Under the pieces are notes generated by a model that was given only the letters and a program-made list of their open reading frames with translations, ran no database searches and had not been told where the DNA came from. A DNA stretch of 64,000 bases from assembly GCA_965262365.1 (NCBI GenBank), contig OZ253541.1, forward strand, positions 4,939,843-5,003,842, written 5' to 3'. The stretch comes from Candidatus Rariloculaceae bacterium (GTDB lineage Bacteria; Pseudomonadota; Gammaproteobacteria; Steroidobacterales; Rariloculaceae). A program made the translations under genes and the position numbers. This document shows, piece by piece, positions 10,022-19,122 of the stretch. Each line of letters opens with the position of its first letter. Within the stretch, counting starts at the first letter, position 1.

Positions 10022-12814
10022 ATGAAGATGATCAACCTAATCGCCGCGCCGGCGGTGCTGGCCGCTGTGGCCGCGACCGGAGCCCTGGCCCAGGAGCGAT
10101 CCTGGAACGCTACGCTGGAGGAGATATCCACCGCGGTGGTTTCGATCCACGTGGACAGTACGCGGGCCTTTGACACCGAACGCAACCAGTCCAGCCAGGC
10201 GACGGGCTTCGTGGTGGACGCCGAAAACGGCCTGATCCTGACCAACCGGCACGTGGTGACGCCAGGGCCGGTGGTGGCCCAGGCCATCTTCCTCAACCAG
10301 GAGGAAGTGGAGCTTACGCCCGTCTACCGCGATCCGGTGCACGACTTCGGTTTCTTCCGCTACGATCCGGCGGCGCTGCGGTTCATCGAACCGGCGGAAC
10401 TGCCGCTGGTGCCCGAGGCGGCCCAGATCGGCCGCGACATCCGCGTGGTGGGCAACGACGCCGGCGAACAGCTTTCCATTCTGGCCGGCACCATCGCCCG
10501 CCTCGACCGCCAGGCGCCCAACTACGGACGCGGCAACTACAACGACTTCAATACCTTCTACCTGCAGGCGGCTTCGGGGACGTCCGGGGGTTCGTCCGGC
10601 TCTCCGGTCATCGACATCGAGGGCCGGGTGGTGGCGCTCAACGCCGGCGCCAATTCCCAGGCGGCATCGAGTTTCTTCCTGCCGCTGGACCGTGTGAGCC
10701 GCGCGTTCGAACTGGTACAGGACGGCAAGTCCGTCTCGCGGGGCACACTGCAGAGCGAATTCGTGTACAAGCCCTACGCCGAGTTGCGACGCCTCGGATT
10801 GCTCGAGGAGACCGAAGCCCTCACCCGGGAAGCTTTCCCGGACCAGACGGGGTTGCTGGTGGTGGAGCATGTGATCCCCGGCAACGGCAATTTCCTCGAG
10901 CCCGGTGACATCGTGTTGCGCGTCAACGGCGAACTCGTCTCCGAATTCGTGCCCGTGGCGGCGGCTCTGGACGAAAACGTCGGCCGCATGTTGGAGATCG
11001 AGGTCGAACGCGGCGGCGAGGCCCTGCGCCGGGAACTCATGGTGGACGACCTGCATGGCATCACCTCGGACGAATACGTCGAGTACGCCGAGGGCGTGTT
11101 CCACAACCTTTCGTATCAGCAGGCACGGCATTTCAACCGCCCGGTATCCGGCGTCTACGTCGCCAACCCCGGTTACGTTTTCGGAACCGCAGCCATTCCG
11201 CGGGGTAGCCTGATCACCAGCCTCGACGGCGAACCCATGGACGATCTCGACGACTTTCAACGGACGGTGCAGCAGCTTCCCATGGGTCAGCGCGCCATCG
11301 TGCGATTCGTGCAGTTCGACGATCCCAGGGCCGAGCGGCAACGCTCCATCATCAACAATCGCAACTGGTTCCCGGCCCGCCGCTGCAAGCGCGACGACGT
11401 GCTGGGGTACTGGCCGTGCGAAGGCCTGGCGGAGGCACCGCCGCCCGCGAAGGCGACGCCCGGCAGCACCACGTTTCCGCTTCGCGGCGATTCCCACGTG
11501 CAGGCGATCACGCCGTCCCTGGTGCTGATCAATTTCGACATGCCCTACACCGTTTCCGGCGTCTCGGATCGCCACTTCTACGGCACCGGCGTCATCGCCG
11601 ACGCCGAGCGCGGCTGGGTGGTGGTGGACCGCAACACCGTGCCGGTGGCCCTGGGCGACGTGCGGGTCACCTTCGCCGGTTCACTTGAGACGCCCGGCAA
11701 GGTGGAATACATCCATCCGCTGCACAATCTGGCGGTGGTGTCCTACGACCCGGCGCTGATCGGGGATACGCCGGTACAGTCAGCCACGTTCTCCTCGGAA
11801 TCGGCGGTTCCCGGAGAGGAACTGGAAGTGGTGGGGCTCAAGGCCGACCACACACTGCTGTCCCAGCCCAGCCTGGTGCGCGCGCTGATACCCGCCGAAC
11901 TGCCACTGTCGCGAACGCTGCGCTTCCGCGAGTCGAATCTCGAGGCGATCACCATGGTCAACGGTCCGGACGAATTCGATGGCGTGATCATCGATTCCGA
12001 CGGCGCGGTCCGGGCGCTGTGGGCGAGCTTCGCCTTCCAGCAGGGACGCGAGACGACGCAGTTCAACATGGGGGTCCCCGCGAATCTCGTCATCGACATG
12101 GTTGCGAGCATGAAGGCCGCTGAACCGCTGCGCTCGCTGGAAGTGGAGTGGAGCCTGGTGCCGTTGGCCTCGGCGCGCAACTTCGGGCTACCGGAGACCT
12201 GGGTGCAGCGCTACGAACAGCATAGTCCCCTGCGCCGGCAGGTCCTGGCGGTGTCATCCGTGGTGGCAGGATCGCCCGCGGCGGAGTTCTTCCAGTCCGG
12301 CGACATCCTGCTCAGCCTCAACGGCGAAGTCGCCAATACTTTCCTGGAGGCGGAACACGCTTCCCAGAGCCCCGAAGTCGACGTCACCATCTACCGCGCC
12401 GGCGGCGAACTGAGCGGCCGCATCCCCACGGTGGCGCTCGAAGGCGCGGGCATCGACCGCGTCCTGCTGTGGGCCGGCGCGCTGCTGCAGGCGCCGCACC
12501 GGGCCATCGCCGTGCAGCGGGGGATCCAGGCCGAGGGCGTGTACGTGTCGTTCTTCAGCTTCGGTTCGCCCGCAAGCCGCTCGGGGCTCTACGCGGGGCG
12601 CCGCGTTGTCGGCGTCGACGGCCAGCCGGTCGCGGATCTCGACGAATTCCTGGACGTGGTATCCGGGCGCGATGACCGCGAATCGGTGCGGCTCAACACG
12701 GTCACCTGGAACAACGTATCCGAAGTGATCACGCTCAAGCTGGACAACCACTACTGGCCCAGCTACGAACTGCGGCGAGACGGCGAGAGCTGGCAGCGGC
12801 GCGATCTGAACTAG
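10022..12814 (+). CDS. secreted trypsin-like serine protease with PDZ-like regions (HtrA/Nma111-like), about 930 aa
   Basis: Signal peptide MKMINLIAAPAVLAAVAATGALAQ; TNRHVV (His), GNDAGE (Asp region), GTSGGSSGSPVI (Ser); a long C-terminal half with a second degenerate protease-like/PDZ-like repeat. Confidence 0.8.
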   Translation: MKMINLIAAPAVLAAVAATGALAQERSWNATLEEISTAVVSIHVDSTRAFDTERNQSSQATGFVVDAENGLILTNRHVVTPGPVVAQAIFLNQEEVELTPVYRDPVHDFGFFRYDPAALRFIEPAELPLVPEAAQIGRDIRVVGNDAGEQLSILAGTIARLDRQAPNYGRGNYNDFNTFYLQAASGTSGGSSGSPVIDIEGRVVALNAGANSQAASSFFLPLDRVSRAFELVQDGKSVSRGTLQSEFVYKPYAELRRLGLLEETEALTREAFPDQTGLLVVEHVIPGNGNFLEPGDIVLRVNGELVSEFVPVAAALDENVGRMLEIEVERGGEALRRELMVDDLHGITSDEYVEYAEGVFHNLSYQQARHFNRPVSGVYVANPGYVFGTAAIPRGSLITSLDGEPMDDLDDFQRTVQQLPMGQRAIVRFVQFDDPRAERQRSIINNRNWFPARRCKRDDVLGYWPCEGLAEAPPPAKATPGSTTFPLRGDSHVQAITPSLVLINFDMPYTVSGVSDRHFYGTGVIADAERGWVVVDRNTVPVALGDVRVTFAGSLETPGKVEYIHPLHNLAVVSYDPALIGDTPVQSATFSSESAVPGEELEVVGLKADHTLLSQPSLVRALIPAELPLSRTLRFRESNLEAITMVNGPDEFDGVIIDSDGAVRALWASFAFQQGRETTQFNMGVPANLVIDMVASMKAAEPLRSLEVEWSLVPLASARNFGLPETWVQRYEQHSPLRRQVLAVSSVVAGSPAAEFFQSGDILLSLNGEVANTFLEAEHASQSPEVDVTIYRAGGELSGRIPTVALEGAGIDRVLLWAGALLQAPHRAIAVQRGIQAEGVYVSFFSFGSPASRSGLYAGRRVVGVDGQPVADLDEFLDVVSGRDDRESVRLNTVTWNNVSEVITLKLDNHYWPSYELRRDGESWQRRDLN

Positions 12815-13170
12815 CCACCCCTGTTGAGCAAAGCCGAATTGCCAAAACGCTCGATCGCCTGGAGCGTCTCGCGCACGTCCTTCACCAGCAGGCAACCCGC
12901 CTCATGGGGCTGGAACAGCCACTCGTGCGCGTCAAGCCCGATGGAATCAGCGCGTTCATGTCCAGGCGGAAATGCCGGTCCGTGGGCACCTTGCGGGTAG
13001 CCGAGCCAGCGTCGGAACCAGTCGATCACCACCAGTTCAAGCTGGCTCGGACCGCTTGCGACCAGCCAGGTACACGCATTGATGTTGTAACCCGCGGCGA
13101 TGAAGTCGGCGAGCACCCCCGGCCAGGTCCTGTATCCGCCCCACGAGGAGTTCCGCCTATATTCTGTGTC
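12811..13170 (-). pseudogene. remnant of a group II PLP-dependent (aromatic amino acid-type) decarboxylase
   Basis: VLADFIAAGYNINACTWLVASGPSQLELVVIDWFRRWLGYP (N-terminal region) is joined after about 20 aa to ADSIGLDAHEWLFQPHEAGCLLVKD, the region that normally carries D.HKW with the PLP lysine. That implies about 200 aa deleted, and Lys is replaced by Glu. Confidence 0.6.
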
Positions 13171-13196
13171 CGCAGGGCTGCTTGGGTTGCCGTGCT

Positions 13197-13218
13197 GTTA
13201 GCCCGACTTCCGCAACTC
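13197..13218. repeat. IS left inverted repeat
   Basis: See the mobile element entry; indexed base by base. Confidence 0.7.
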
Positions 13219-13364
13219 GACCGAGTTTTGATCGAATTTCATCGTGATTTGGGTGCCGAAGCTGACGTAACGCCCTGTTTTCATTGAATCGAGCCGCACG
13301 ATCTGGGCTGTAGTGCCGACCTAACCCCTTGATTTGTTTGGTGGTTGGGGCATGCTATGGGTCC

Positions 13365-15116
13365 ATGTTCGTACGGGCCAAGAGACGCTTCAAGGACGGC
13401 AAGGAACACCGCTACTGGAGCGTGGTGGAGAACGTTCGCAACCGCGACGGGCGGGTCGTTCAGCGTCAGGTGCTGTACCTGGGCGAGATCAACGATCGTC
13501 AGCGCGCGGCGTGGTGCCGTTCGATCGAGGTGTTGCAGGGAGATTCCGGGTCCGGATCGATGGCGCTGTTCGCCGAAGACGGCGAGGCGCCGGAGCTGGC
13601 CTGCGAGGTGGTGCGGATCCAGGTCAAGGCGCTGAGTTTACACCGACCGCGGCAGTGGGGCGCGTGCTGGCTGGCGCTGACGTTGTGGGATCGGCTGGAG
13701 CTGGATCGATTTTGGCGTACCCGGCTGCCGTCGAGCCGTCAGGGCACACGCTGGCTGGACGTGTTGAAGACGTTGGTGTGTTATCAGCTGATCGATCCGG
13801 GCAGCGAATGGCGGTTGCATCGGCATTGGTACGGTCACAGCGCGATGCGCGACTTGCTGGGCAGTCCGATGGCGGTCATCGCCAACGATACGCTGTACCG
13901 CTGTCTGGACAAGCTGGCGGCGCACAAGCGGGCGTTTTTCTCGTTTTTGCGGGCGCGTTGGGAGACGTTGTTCGACGCGCGCTTCGACGTCCTGCTGTAC
14001 GACCTGACCTCCACCTATTTTGAGAGCGATCCAACGTTTTCGGACAAGCGCCGGTTCGGATACAGCCGCGACAAGCGCTCGGACTGCGTGCAGGTGGTGA
14101 TCGCCCTGATCGTGACCCCGCAGGGGTTTCCGCTGGCCTACGAGGTGATGCCGGGCAACACGTCCGACAAGACCACGTTGGCGGACTTTCTGGAAAAGAT
14201 CGAGGCGCAGTACGGGCGATCGGACCGGGTCTGGATCATGGACCGTGGCATTCCCACCGAAGAGACTCTGGAGGCGATGCGCACGGGGCCGGCGCCGGTG
14301 CATTACCTGGTGGGCACGCCCAAGGGCCGATTGACGAAACTGGAGAAGGCGTTCGTGGGCAAGCCTTGGCGGCAGGTTCGCGAGTCGGTGGAGGTGAAGC
14401 TGTTGAGCGAGGACGGGGAACTGTACGTCCTGGCCCAGAGCCGGGCGCGGGTGTTGAAGGAGCGCGGCATGCGCCGGCGCCGATTGAAGAAGCTGTGGCG
14501 GCGGTTGCACGAGTTGCGCGACCAATCGCTGAAGCGCGACGAGTTGCTGCTGAAGCTGGGCGCGGCGAAGAAGGAGGCCGGCCGCGCTTGGCACTTGGTC
14601 GAGATCGGTCTGCCCAAGGCTCGCGAAGCGGTCACCGCCGAGACGTTCACGTTCTCATTGCGGCGCCAGCGGCTGCGCCAAGCCCGGCGCCGCGAGGGCC
14701 GGTATCTGCTGCGTTCCAACCTCACCGGCGAGGACCCGGCGACATTGTGGCGCTACTACATGCAGCTCTGCGAGATCGAGCAGGCGTTCAAGGAACTGAA
14801 GCACGATCTGGCCATCCGGCCGATCTTCCATCAGCGCGAGGATCGGATCGAGGCGCACATCTTCGTCGCCTTCATCGCGTACTGTCTGCACGTGACGTTG
14901 AAAAACCTGGCCCGACCGCGGGCGCCGGGGCTGACGCCCCGGGCGATCCTGGAGAAGTTCGCCACCATGCAGATGCTCGATGTGCATCTGCCGACCACCG
15001 ACGGACGGTACCTGATCCTGCCCCGACATACTCAACCGCAACGGGAACACCAACTCCTGCTGGATCAACTCAAACTGCGTTTGCCGGAACAACCGACACC
15101 CAGAATCCTCGCCTGA
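13365..15116 (+). CDS. IS1634-family transposase
   Basis: MFVRAKRRFKDGKEHRYWSVVENVRNRDGRVVQRQVLYLGEINDRQRAAW is the typical IS1634-family N-terminus. It also has YDLTSTYFE, GYSRDKRSDCVQVVIALIVT, WIMDRGI and the C-terminal YMQLCEIEQAFKELKHDLAIRPIFH. Confidence 0.85.
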   Translation: MFVRAKRRFKDGKEHRYWSVVENVRNRDGRVVQRQVLYLGEINDRQRAAWCRSIEVLQGDSGSGSMALFAEDGEAPELACEVVRIQVKALSLHRPRQWGACWLALTLWDRLELDRFWRTRLPSSRQGTRWLDVLKTLVCYQLIDPGSEWRLHRHWYGHSAMRDLLGSPMAVIANDTLYRCLDKLAAHKRAFFSFLRARWETLFDARFDVLLYDLTSTYFESDPTFSDKRRFGYSRDKRSDCVQVVIALIVTPQGFPLAYEVMPGNTSDKTTLADFLEKIEAQYGRSDRVWIMDRGIPTEETLEAMRTGPAPVHYLVGTPKGRLTKLEKAFVGKPWRQVRESVEVKLLSEDGELYVLAQSRARVLKERGMRRRRLKKLWRRLHELRDQSLKRDELLLKLGAAKKEAGRAWHLVEIGLPKAREAVTAETFTFSLRRQRLRQARRREGRYLLRSNLTGEDPATLWRYYMQLCEIEQAFKELKHDLAIRPIFHQREDRIEAHIFVAFIAYCLHVTLKNLARPRAPGLTPRAILEKFATMQMLDVHLPTTDGRYLILPRHTQPQREHQLLLDQLKLRLPEQPTPRILA

Positions 15117-15211
15117 ATCGACGGCCACACCGCTTGCCAGTCGGTGCCTTGTAGTGCCGACCTACGGCTCTGGACAACAATAAATCAATGACTTGCGCCC
15201 GTTTTGGCGCT

Positions 15212-15233
15212 GAGTTGCGGAAGTCGGGTTAGC
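15212..15233. repeat. IS right inverted repeat
   Basis: Its reverse complement GCTAACCCGACTTCCGCAACTC matches the left repeat at 20/22. Confidence 0.7.
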
Positions 15234-15256
15234 GTGCTTGAGGGAGCGGCCATCGC

Positions 15257-15508
15257 GTGTTGAAAATCGTCTCCGGTGGACAGACCGGCGTGGACCAGGG
15301 AGCGCTGGCCGCGGCGCTGGCGACAGGGACGGCCTGTGGCGGTTGGTGCCCGGAGGGACGACGGTCAGAGGAAGGTCCGATCCCCGCAATTTATCCTGTG
15401 GCGGAACTCTCAGGGGCAGGCTACCGTGAGCGCACGTTGCCGGTTGCGTTTGAGTACGCGCAAGCCTTGGTGGCAGGGATGTTGGAGCGGCTTATGCTAT
15501 CGACGTGA
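15257..15508 (+). pseudogene. truncated SLOG/YpsA-like putative molybdenum-carrier family gene
   Basis: [60 protein letters not shown] matches the N-terminal about 60 aa of the family. The sequence then diverges and stops at 83 aa, whereas family members are about 150-170 aa. It sits 24 bp from the IS end. Confidence 0.6.
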
Positions 15509-15564
15509 GGCTGCCTTGCGCACCGGAAGAAATCGAAAATAGAGCGATTCAATTCGGGCAGAGT

Positions 15565-16602
15565 TTACTCCACCGCCAGATGCCTTCTCGCTGCCTCCGC
15601 ATCGCATTCCCAGGCCTCAAACTCGTAACCGGGCTTCAGGAACATCTCGCCGGTCACCGTGACCGCCCCGGTCATGTATTCCGGGTCCTCGAACCAGTAC
15701 TCCACATCCAGGCGCATGCCGTCGTCTGAAAGCGCATAGCGCTCCACAAGGTGCTTCTGCGTCCCGCTGGGCGTGCCCCGGTCCAGGCCCCACACGGTTT
15801 CCTCGAAGTGGCGGGTGTCGATCACCAGCACTCCGTCCTCGAACCAGCCTATGGAGTGGCCCATGTAGCTCGGTTCGATGTCGGCGGGATGTTCGCTCAT
15901 CCTGAGGTGAACGACGCGCCGCCCGTCGAACTGCTCATACCAGATGTGCAGTTCATCCTCACCCACGCGGCTGAACTGTACGGGATACACCGGCAGGACC
16001 GTGCCGGGCAGCGACTCGGAAATGCAGTCGACCGCCGGATCGTCGTCAGGGTCGAACTCATCCAGGACCGCCTGTGCACTGGCAGTCAGCGGCAGGCTGT
16101 CCGGCCTGAATCCGGCAGCGACGTTGCGGTTGGCAAAGTCCTGCTGCCAGACGCCCGAGAAATCGGTGGAACCGCCCACGGGCGCCTCGGGCGCCTGAAA
16201 CGAGCCCGGTGCGAGGCCCGATGACCGGTAGGATGAGCCGTCGGCCTTGGTGATCACGTCTACGAACAACGTGCTGCGATCCGGCTCGCGATGGGGAAAG
16301 CCCCGCACACTGACCCGATCCCCAACCAGGAAGGTATCGGCCCGCCAGCCTATACTGCGCACCGATGAAACAGCGTTGGCTTCCAGCAGCCATTCCCGGG
16401 TTTCTCCCGTTGCCGCGTCCGTGGTCTCGAAAGTCAGGTAGACATGGGGATTGTGGTAGGCGTGCTCGGTGATCGTGCCTTGAAGTTCCATCGGCGAGTC
16501 CATGACGAATCGGGTCCGAGAGTGGTGGGCGTCGGCCGCCGGGGGGAGCCACAAGAGGAGCGCGATCGGTACGCTTAAGAGGGGAGTTGCGCGGCTATCC
16601 AT
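15565..16602 (-). CDS. secreted DUF6152-like N-domain fused to a roughly 220-aa C-terminal domain
   Basis: Signal peptide MDSRATPLLSVPIALLLWLPPAADA, then HHSRTRF..LQGTITEHAYHNPHVYLTFE..REWLLEANAVSSV..GDRVSVRGFP (DUF6152 pattern). C-terminal domain has DCISESLPG..HSIGWFEDGVLVIDTRHF. ATG at 16602 verified. Confidence 0.6.
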   Translation of the reverse strand: MDSRATPLLSVPIALLLWLPPAADAHHSRTRFVMDSPMELQGTITEHAYHNPHVYLTFETTDAATGETREWLLEANAVSSVRSIGWRADTFLVGDRVSVRGFPHREPDRSTLFVDVITKADGSSYRSSGLAPGSFQAPEAPVGGSTDFSGVWQQDFANRNVAAGFRPDSLPLTASAQAVLDEFDPDDDPAVDCISESLPGTVLPVYPVQFSRVGEDELHIWYEQFDGRRVVHLRMSEHPADIEPSYMGHSIGWFEDGVLVIDTRHFEETVWGLDRGTPSGTQKHLVERYALSDDGMRLDVEYWFEDPEYMTGAVTVTGEMFLKPGYEFEAWECDAEAARRHLAVE

Positions 16603-16742
16603 ATCGATTCTCAACGTGGTGGAGTGATCGTTGCGACTATATCAAATACCGTCACGGAAGCCCGGTCAACAGGTCGCGTCGAAATACGTGGCGACTCCGC
16701 GCTATGATGTGGTCCGCTCCTTCACCACACTGCGGAAATCGC

Positions 16743-17753
16743 ATGCGCTACTCGAAACTCATCGCTCGGATCAGTCTGGTTCTCTGCACGGCGTCGTTGG
16801 GGCCGATTGCCACGCAGGCTCACCATTCCCGCGCTCACTACGGGGACGAGACCGTTGAGTTCGACGCCGAAATCGTGGCGATCGACTGGCGAAATCCTCA
16901 TGTGACGTTCACGATCAGGGAGTCCTCCGACTCGGGCGAGGAAGCGGTCTGGGAACTGGAAGGCGGCTCGACCTACATGCTCGGCCGCTACTCCGGACTG
17001 GGGCGAGAACTGTTCAACGTCGGCGATGCGGTCAGGGTCGCCGGGCCCGTCTCCACGGTCCGGCCGAACGAGATGCTGGTCACGAACATGCTCCTGCCCG
17101 ACGGCAGGGAGGCCGTGATGCTGCCGAACCGTCCCACGCGCTGGTCGGACAGCGTCGGCGCGGCCGAACTGAGCCTGCAAACGGACAATCCTGAGCGCAG
17201 CCTGTTTCGCGTCTGGAGCATCGACCCGGACGCACGCGGCGGCGGACCGCTCCGTCTGCAATTGACCCCGGCCGGCGAGGCCAGCATGGCCGCCTACGAC
17301 ATCGACGAAGACGATCCCGCGATTCGTTGCGTCAAGCCCGGCATGCCCTCCACGATGTCGAACCCGCATCCCATGCATTTTGTCGACGATGGCGATCGAA
17401 TCACGCTCAACATCCAGGAAAACGACGTGGTCCGCACGATCTACCTCGGGGAGAACGCAGCCGCGGCAGCGCAGCCGCCGAGCCCGCTGGGTTATTCGGT
17501 GGGTCACTGGGAAGGCTCGACGCTGGTCGTTCGCACGACCAACATCAACTGGCCGTATTTCGACCGTACCGGCGTGCCGGTGAGCGACGAGGTCGTGGTA
17601 GATGAACGCTTCGAAATCGACGAGACCGGCAGCCGCATGGTCATCCGCGTCTTGACGACCGACCCCGTCAACTTTCAGGCGCCGGTGACGACGCAACGCA
17701 ACTACGCGCTGCTGGGCGAGGGCGTCAAGCCGTACGGCTGCGTCCCGAGATAA
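16743..17753 (+). CDS. paralogous secreted DUF6152-like fusion protein
   Basis: MRYSKLIARISLVLCTASLGPIATQAHHSRAHY..FDAEIVAIDWRNPHVTFTI..VWELEGGSTYML..GDAVRVAGP. C-terminal IRCVKPGMPS..YSVGHWEGSTLVVRTTNINWPYFD parallels the divergent neighbour. Confidence 0.6.
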   Translation: MRYSKLIARISLVLCTASLGPIATQAHHSRAHYGDETVEFDAEIVAIDWRNPHVTFTIRESSDSGEEAVWELEGGSTYMLGRYSGLGRELFNVGDAVRVAGPVSTVRPNEMLVTNMLLPDGREAVMLPNRPTRWSDSVGAAELSLQTDNPERSLFRVWSIDPDARGGGPLRLQLTPAGEASMAAYDIDEDDPAIRCVKPGMPSTMSNPHPMHFVDDGDRITLNIQENDVVRTIYLGENAAAAAQPPSPLGYSVGHWEGSTLVVRTTNINWPYFDRTGVPVSDEVVVDERFEIDETGSRMVIRVLTTDPVNFQAPVTTQRNYALLGEGVKPYGCVPR

Positions 17754-18621
17754 CTGCCGGCGATTCGCTGGGCCAGACTTCCATGCTATGAGCGCTGATC
17801 GCCTCGATGACCCCGGGGTCGCTCATGGCGAAGCGGGCAGCGTCGAAAATCTCCTTTACGAACTCGTCCGATGACCCTGCAGGCGCGAAGAAGCCTCCCC
17901 AGGAACCCGACGGCATTCCGTCGACGCCGCGTTCCAGCATCGTCGGAATCTCCGGAAGCATGGGGATGCGTTCGGGATGGACAACGACCAACGGCACTGC
18001 CGCACCGGACTGGATCAGCGGTGACACGTAGGGCGAGGTGGTAATTACCAGGTCCACATCCCCGTTGGCGACCGCCTCCATGGCTGCCGCCGAGCCGCGC
18101 ACGGACTCGTCCAGCGAAACGTCGATGCCGAGTTCACCCAGCAGCGCGGCGAACTCCAGGCGGTGGATGCTGCGCGGCGCGATGTGCGAATAGGTGAGCT
18201 CGCCCGGGTGAGCGCTCGTGTATTCCAGGAGTTCGTCAAGAGTGTCGATGCCCAGGCCGGAATGGGCGATCAGCACGTCCGGAACGGCGGTAATTCTCGT
18301 GATTGGGCGAAGATCCGCGAGCGGATCCACACCGAACGAGGACACGATCGCCGGCAGCATCGCCATGTTGCCGATGGTGGAAACGAAGACGGTCCTCTCG
18401 TCCGCCGGCGCCGCCACCCCGGCCTGCAACCCGACGCCGTAGTCGAACTCGACCTCGCGACCCAGGTATTCCTGAAGCTTCGGCGCAATGATGGTCGTCG
18501 CGGTGCTGGACGACCCGGTCGCGGGGTAGGTCGTGAGGATCAGGATCGATTCGGACTGGGCGGAGGCGAGGCCGGAGTAAACGAGTAGGCCAAGGATTAG
18601 CGTTTGAGCGAGTCTGCACAT
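17725..18621 (-). CDS. tripartite tricarboxylate transporter substrate-binding protein (Bug/TctC family), orphan
   Basis: Signal peptide MCRLAQTLILGLLVYSGLASA; PDVLIAHSGLGIDTLDELLEYTSAHPGELTYSH, RIPMLPEIPTMLERG and WGGFFAPAGSS are TctC-like. No tctA/tctB nearby. The 3' end overlaps the convergent gene by 29 bp. Confidence 0.7.
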   Translation of the reverse strand: MCRLAQTLILGLLVYSGLASAQSESILILTTYPATGSSSTATTIIAPKLQEYLGREVEFDYGVGLQAGVAAPADERTVFVSTIGNMAMLPAIVSSFGVDPLADLRPITRITAVPDVLIAHSGLGIDTLDELLEYTSAHPGELTYSHIAPRSIHRLEFAALLGELGIDVSLDESVRGSAAAMEAVANGDVDLVITTSPYVSPLIQSGAAVPLVVVHPERIPMLPEIPTMLERGVDGMPSGSWGGFFAPAGSSDEFVKEIFDAARFAMSDPGVIEAISAHSMEVWPSESPAVISGRSRTA

Positions 18622-18787
18622 GTGGATCGCCTCGACTTGCAGTTGCATCGAACACTAGCACGGATTGCCGGCAAGATTCGGCGACAACGTGTTCCTGGTT
18701 CGTTTCAGCAGTTATTGGCGTTGATCAATTGCTGCGCTCAATGTCTACTGGGACGCAGCAACTTGCGACTCGAGCGTGACCGTCCCG

Positions 18788-19036
18788 TCATTGGATGCCG
18801 CCGCCGGTGCCGTCGTCCGGTATCAAGTCCAGCACCGGAGCATGGACATCCTCGAAGGAATGGCGCTCGTACTCCGGCACAAGTTCGTGTGCCACGAGGT
18901 TGTAGCTGGCAACCACATCTCGAACGCCGAAAGCGTCGTTCTCATGCACTATCGCCCCAAGCGCGTCAGCGCGATCCGGCCGGCCTTCGCCGAGTAATTC
19001 CCCGGCTCTTCGGATTGTGATCCGTGTTTCGGTCAT
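18788..19036 (-). CDS. hypothetical protein, 82 aa
   Basis: MTETRITIRRAGELLGEGRPDRADALGAIVHENDAFGVRDVVASYNLVAHELVPEYERHSFEDVH... ATG at 19036 verified. No family recognised. Confidence 0.3.
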   Translation of the reverse strand: MTETRITIRRAGELLGEGRPDRADALGAIVHENDAFGVRDVVASYNLVAHELVPEYERHSFEDVHAPVLDLIPDDGTGGGIQ

Positions 19037-19122
19037 GTTCTGGGGGGCTGGTCCTGTGCCTGCATAATGCCACCAGAGGACGATTTTGTGAGACCGGGGC
19101 GGGGTCGGGATCGGAAACGAGG

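Larger units (their letters stand above)
13197..15233 (+). mobile_element. IS1634-family (IS4-like) insertion sequence, about 2.04 kb
   Basis: Terminal inverted repeats GTTAGCCCGACTTCCGCAACTC (13197-13218) and GAGTTGCGGAAGTCGGGTTAGC (15212-15233) match at 20/22. They are flanked by the direct repeat GTGCT (13192-13196 and 15234-15238). A single long DDE transposase ORF lies inside. Confidence 0.8.

Noticed and set aside
10037-11575. 512-aa minus-strand ORF
   Set aside because: Antisense to the serine protease gene, with no recognisable features. A GC-rich antisense artefact.
13309-15164. Alternative IS boundaries defined by the 15-bp direct repeat TGTAGTGCCGACCTA as a long target duplication
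   Set aside because: The sequences just inside these repeats show no convincing inverted-repeat similarity. The outer 22-bp ends match at 20/22 and are flanked by a 5-bp duplication.
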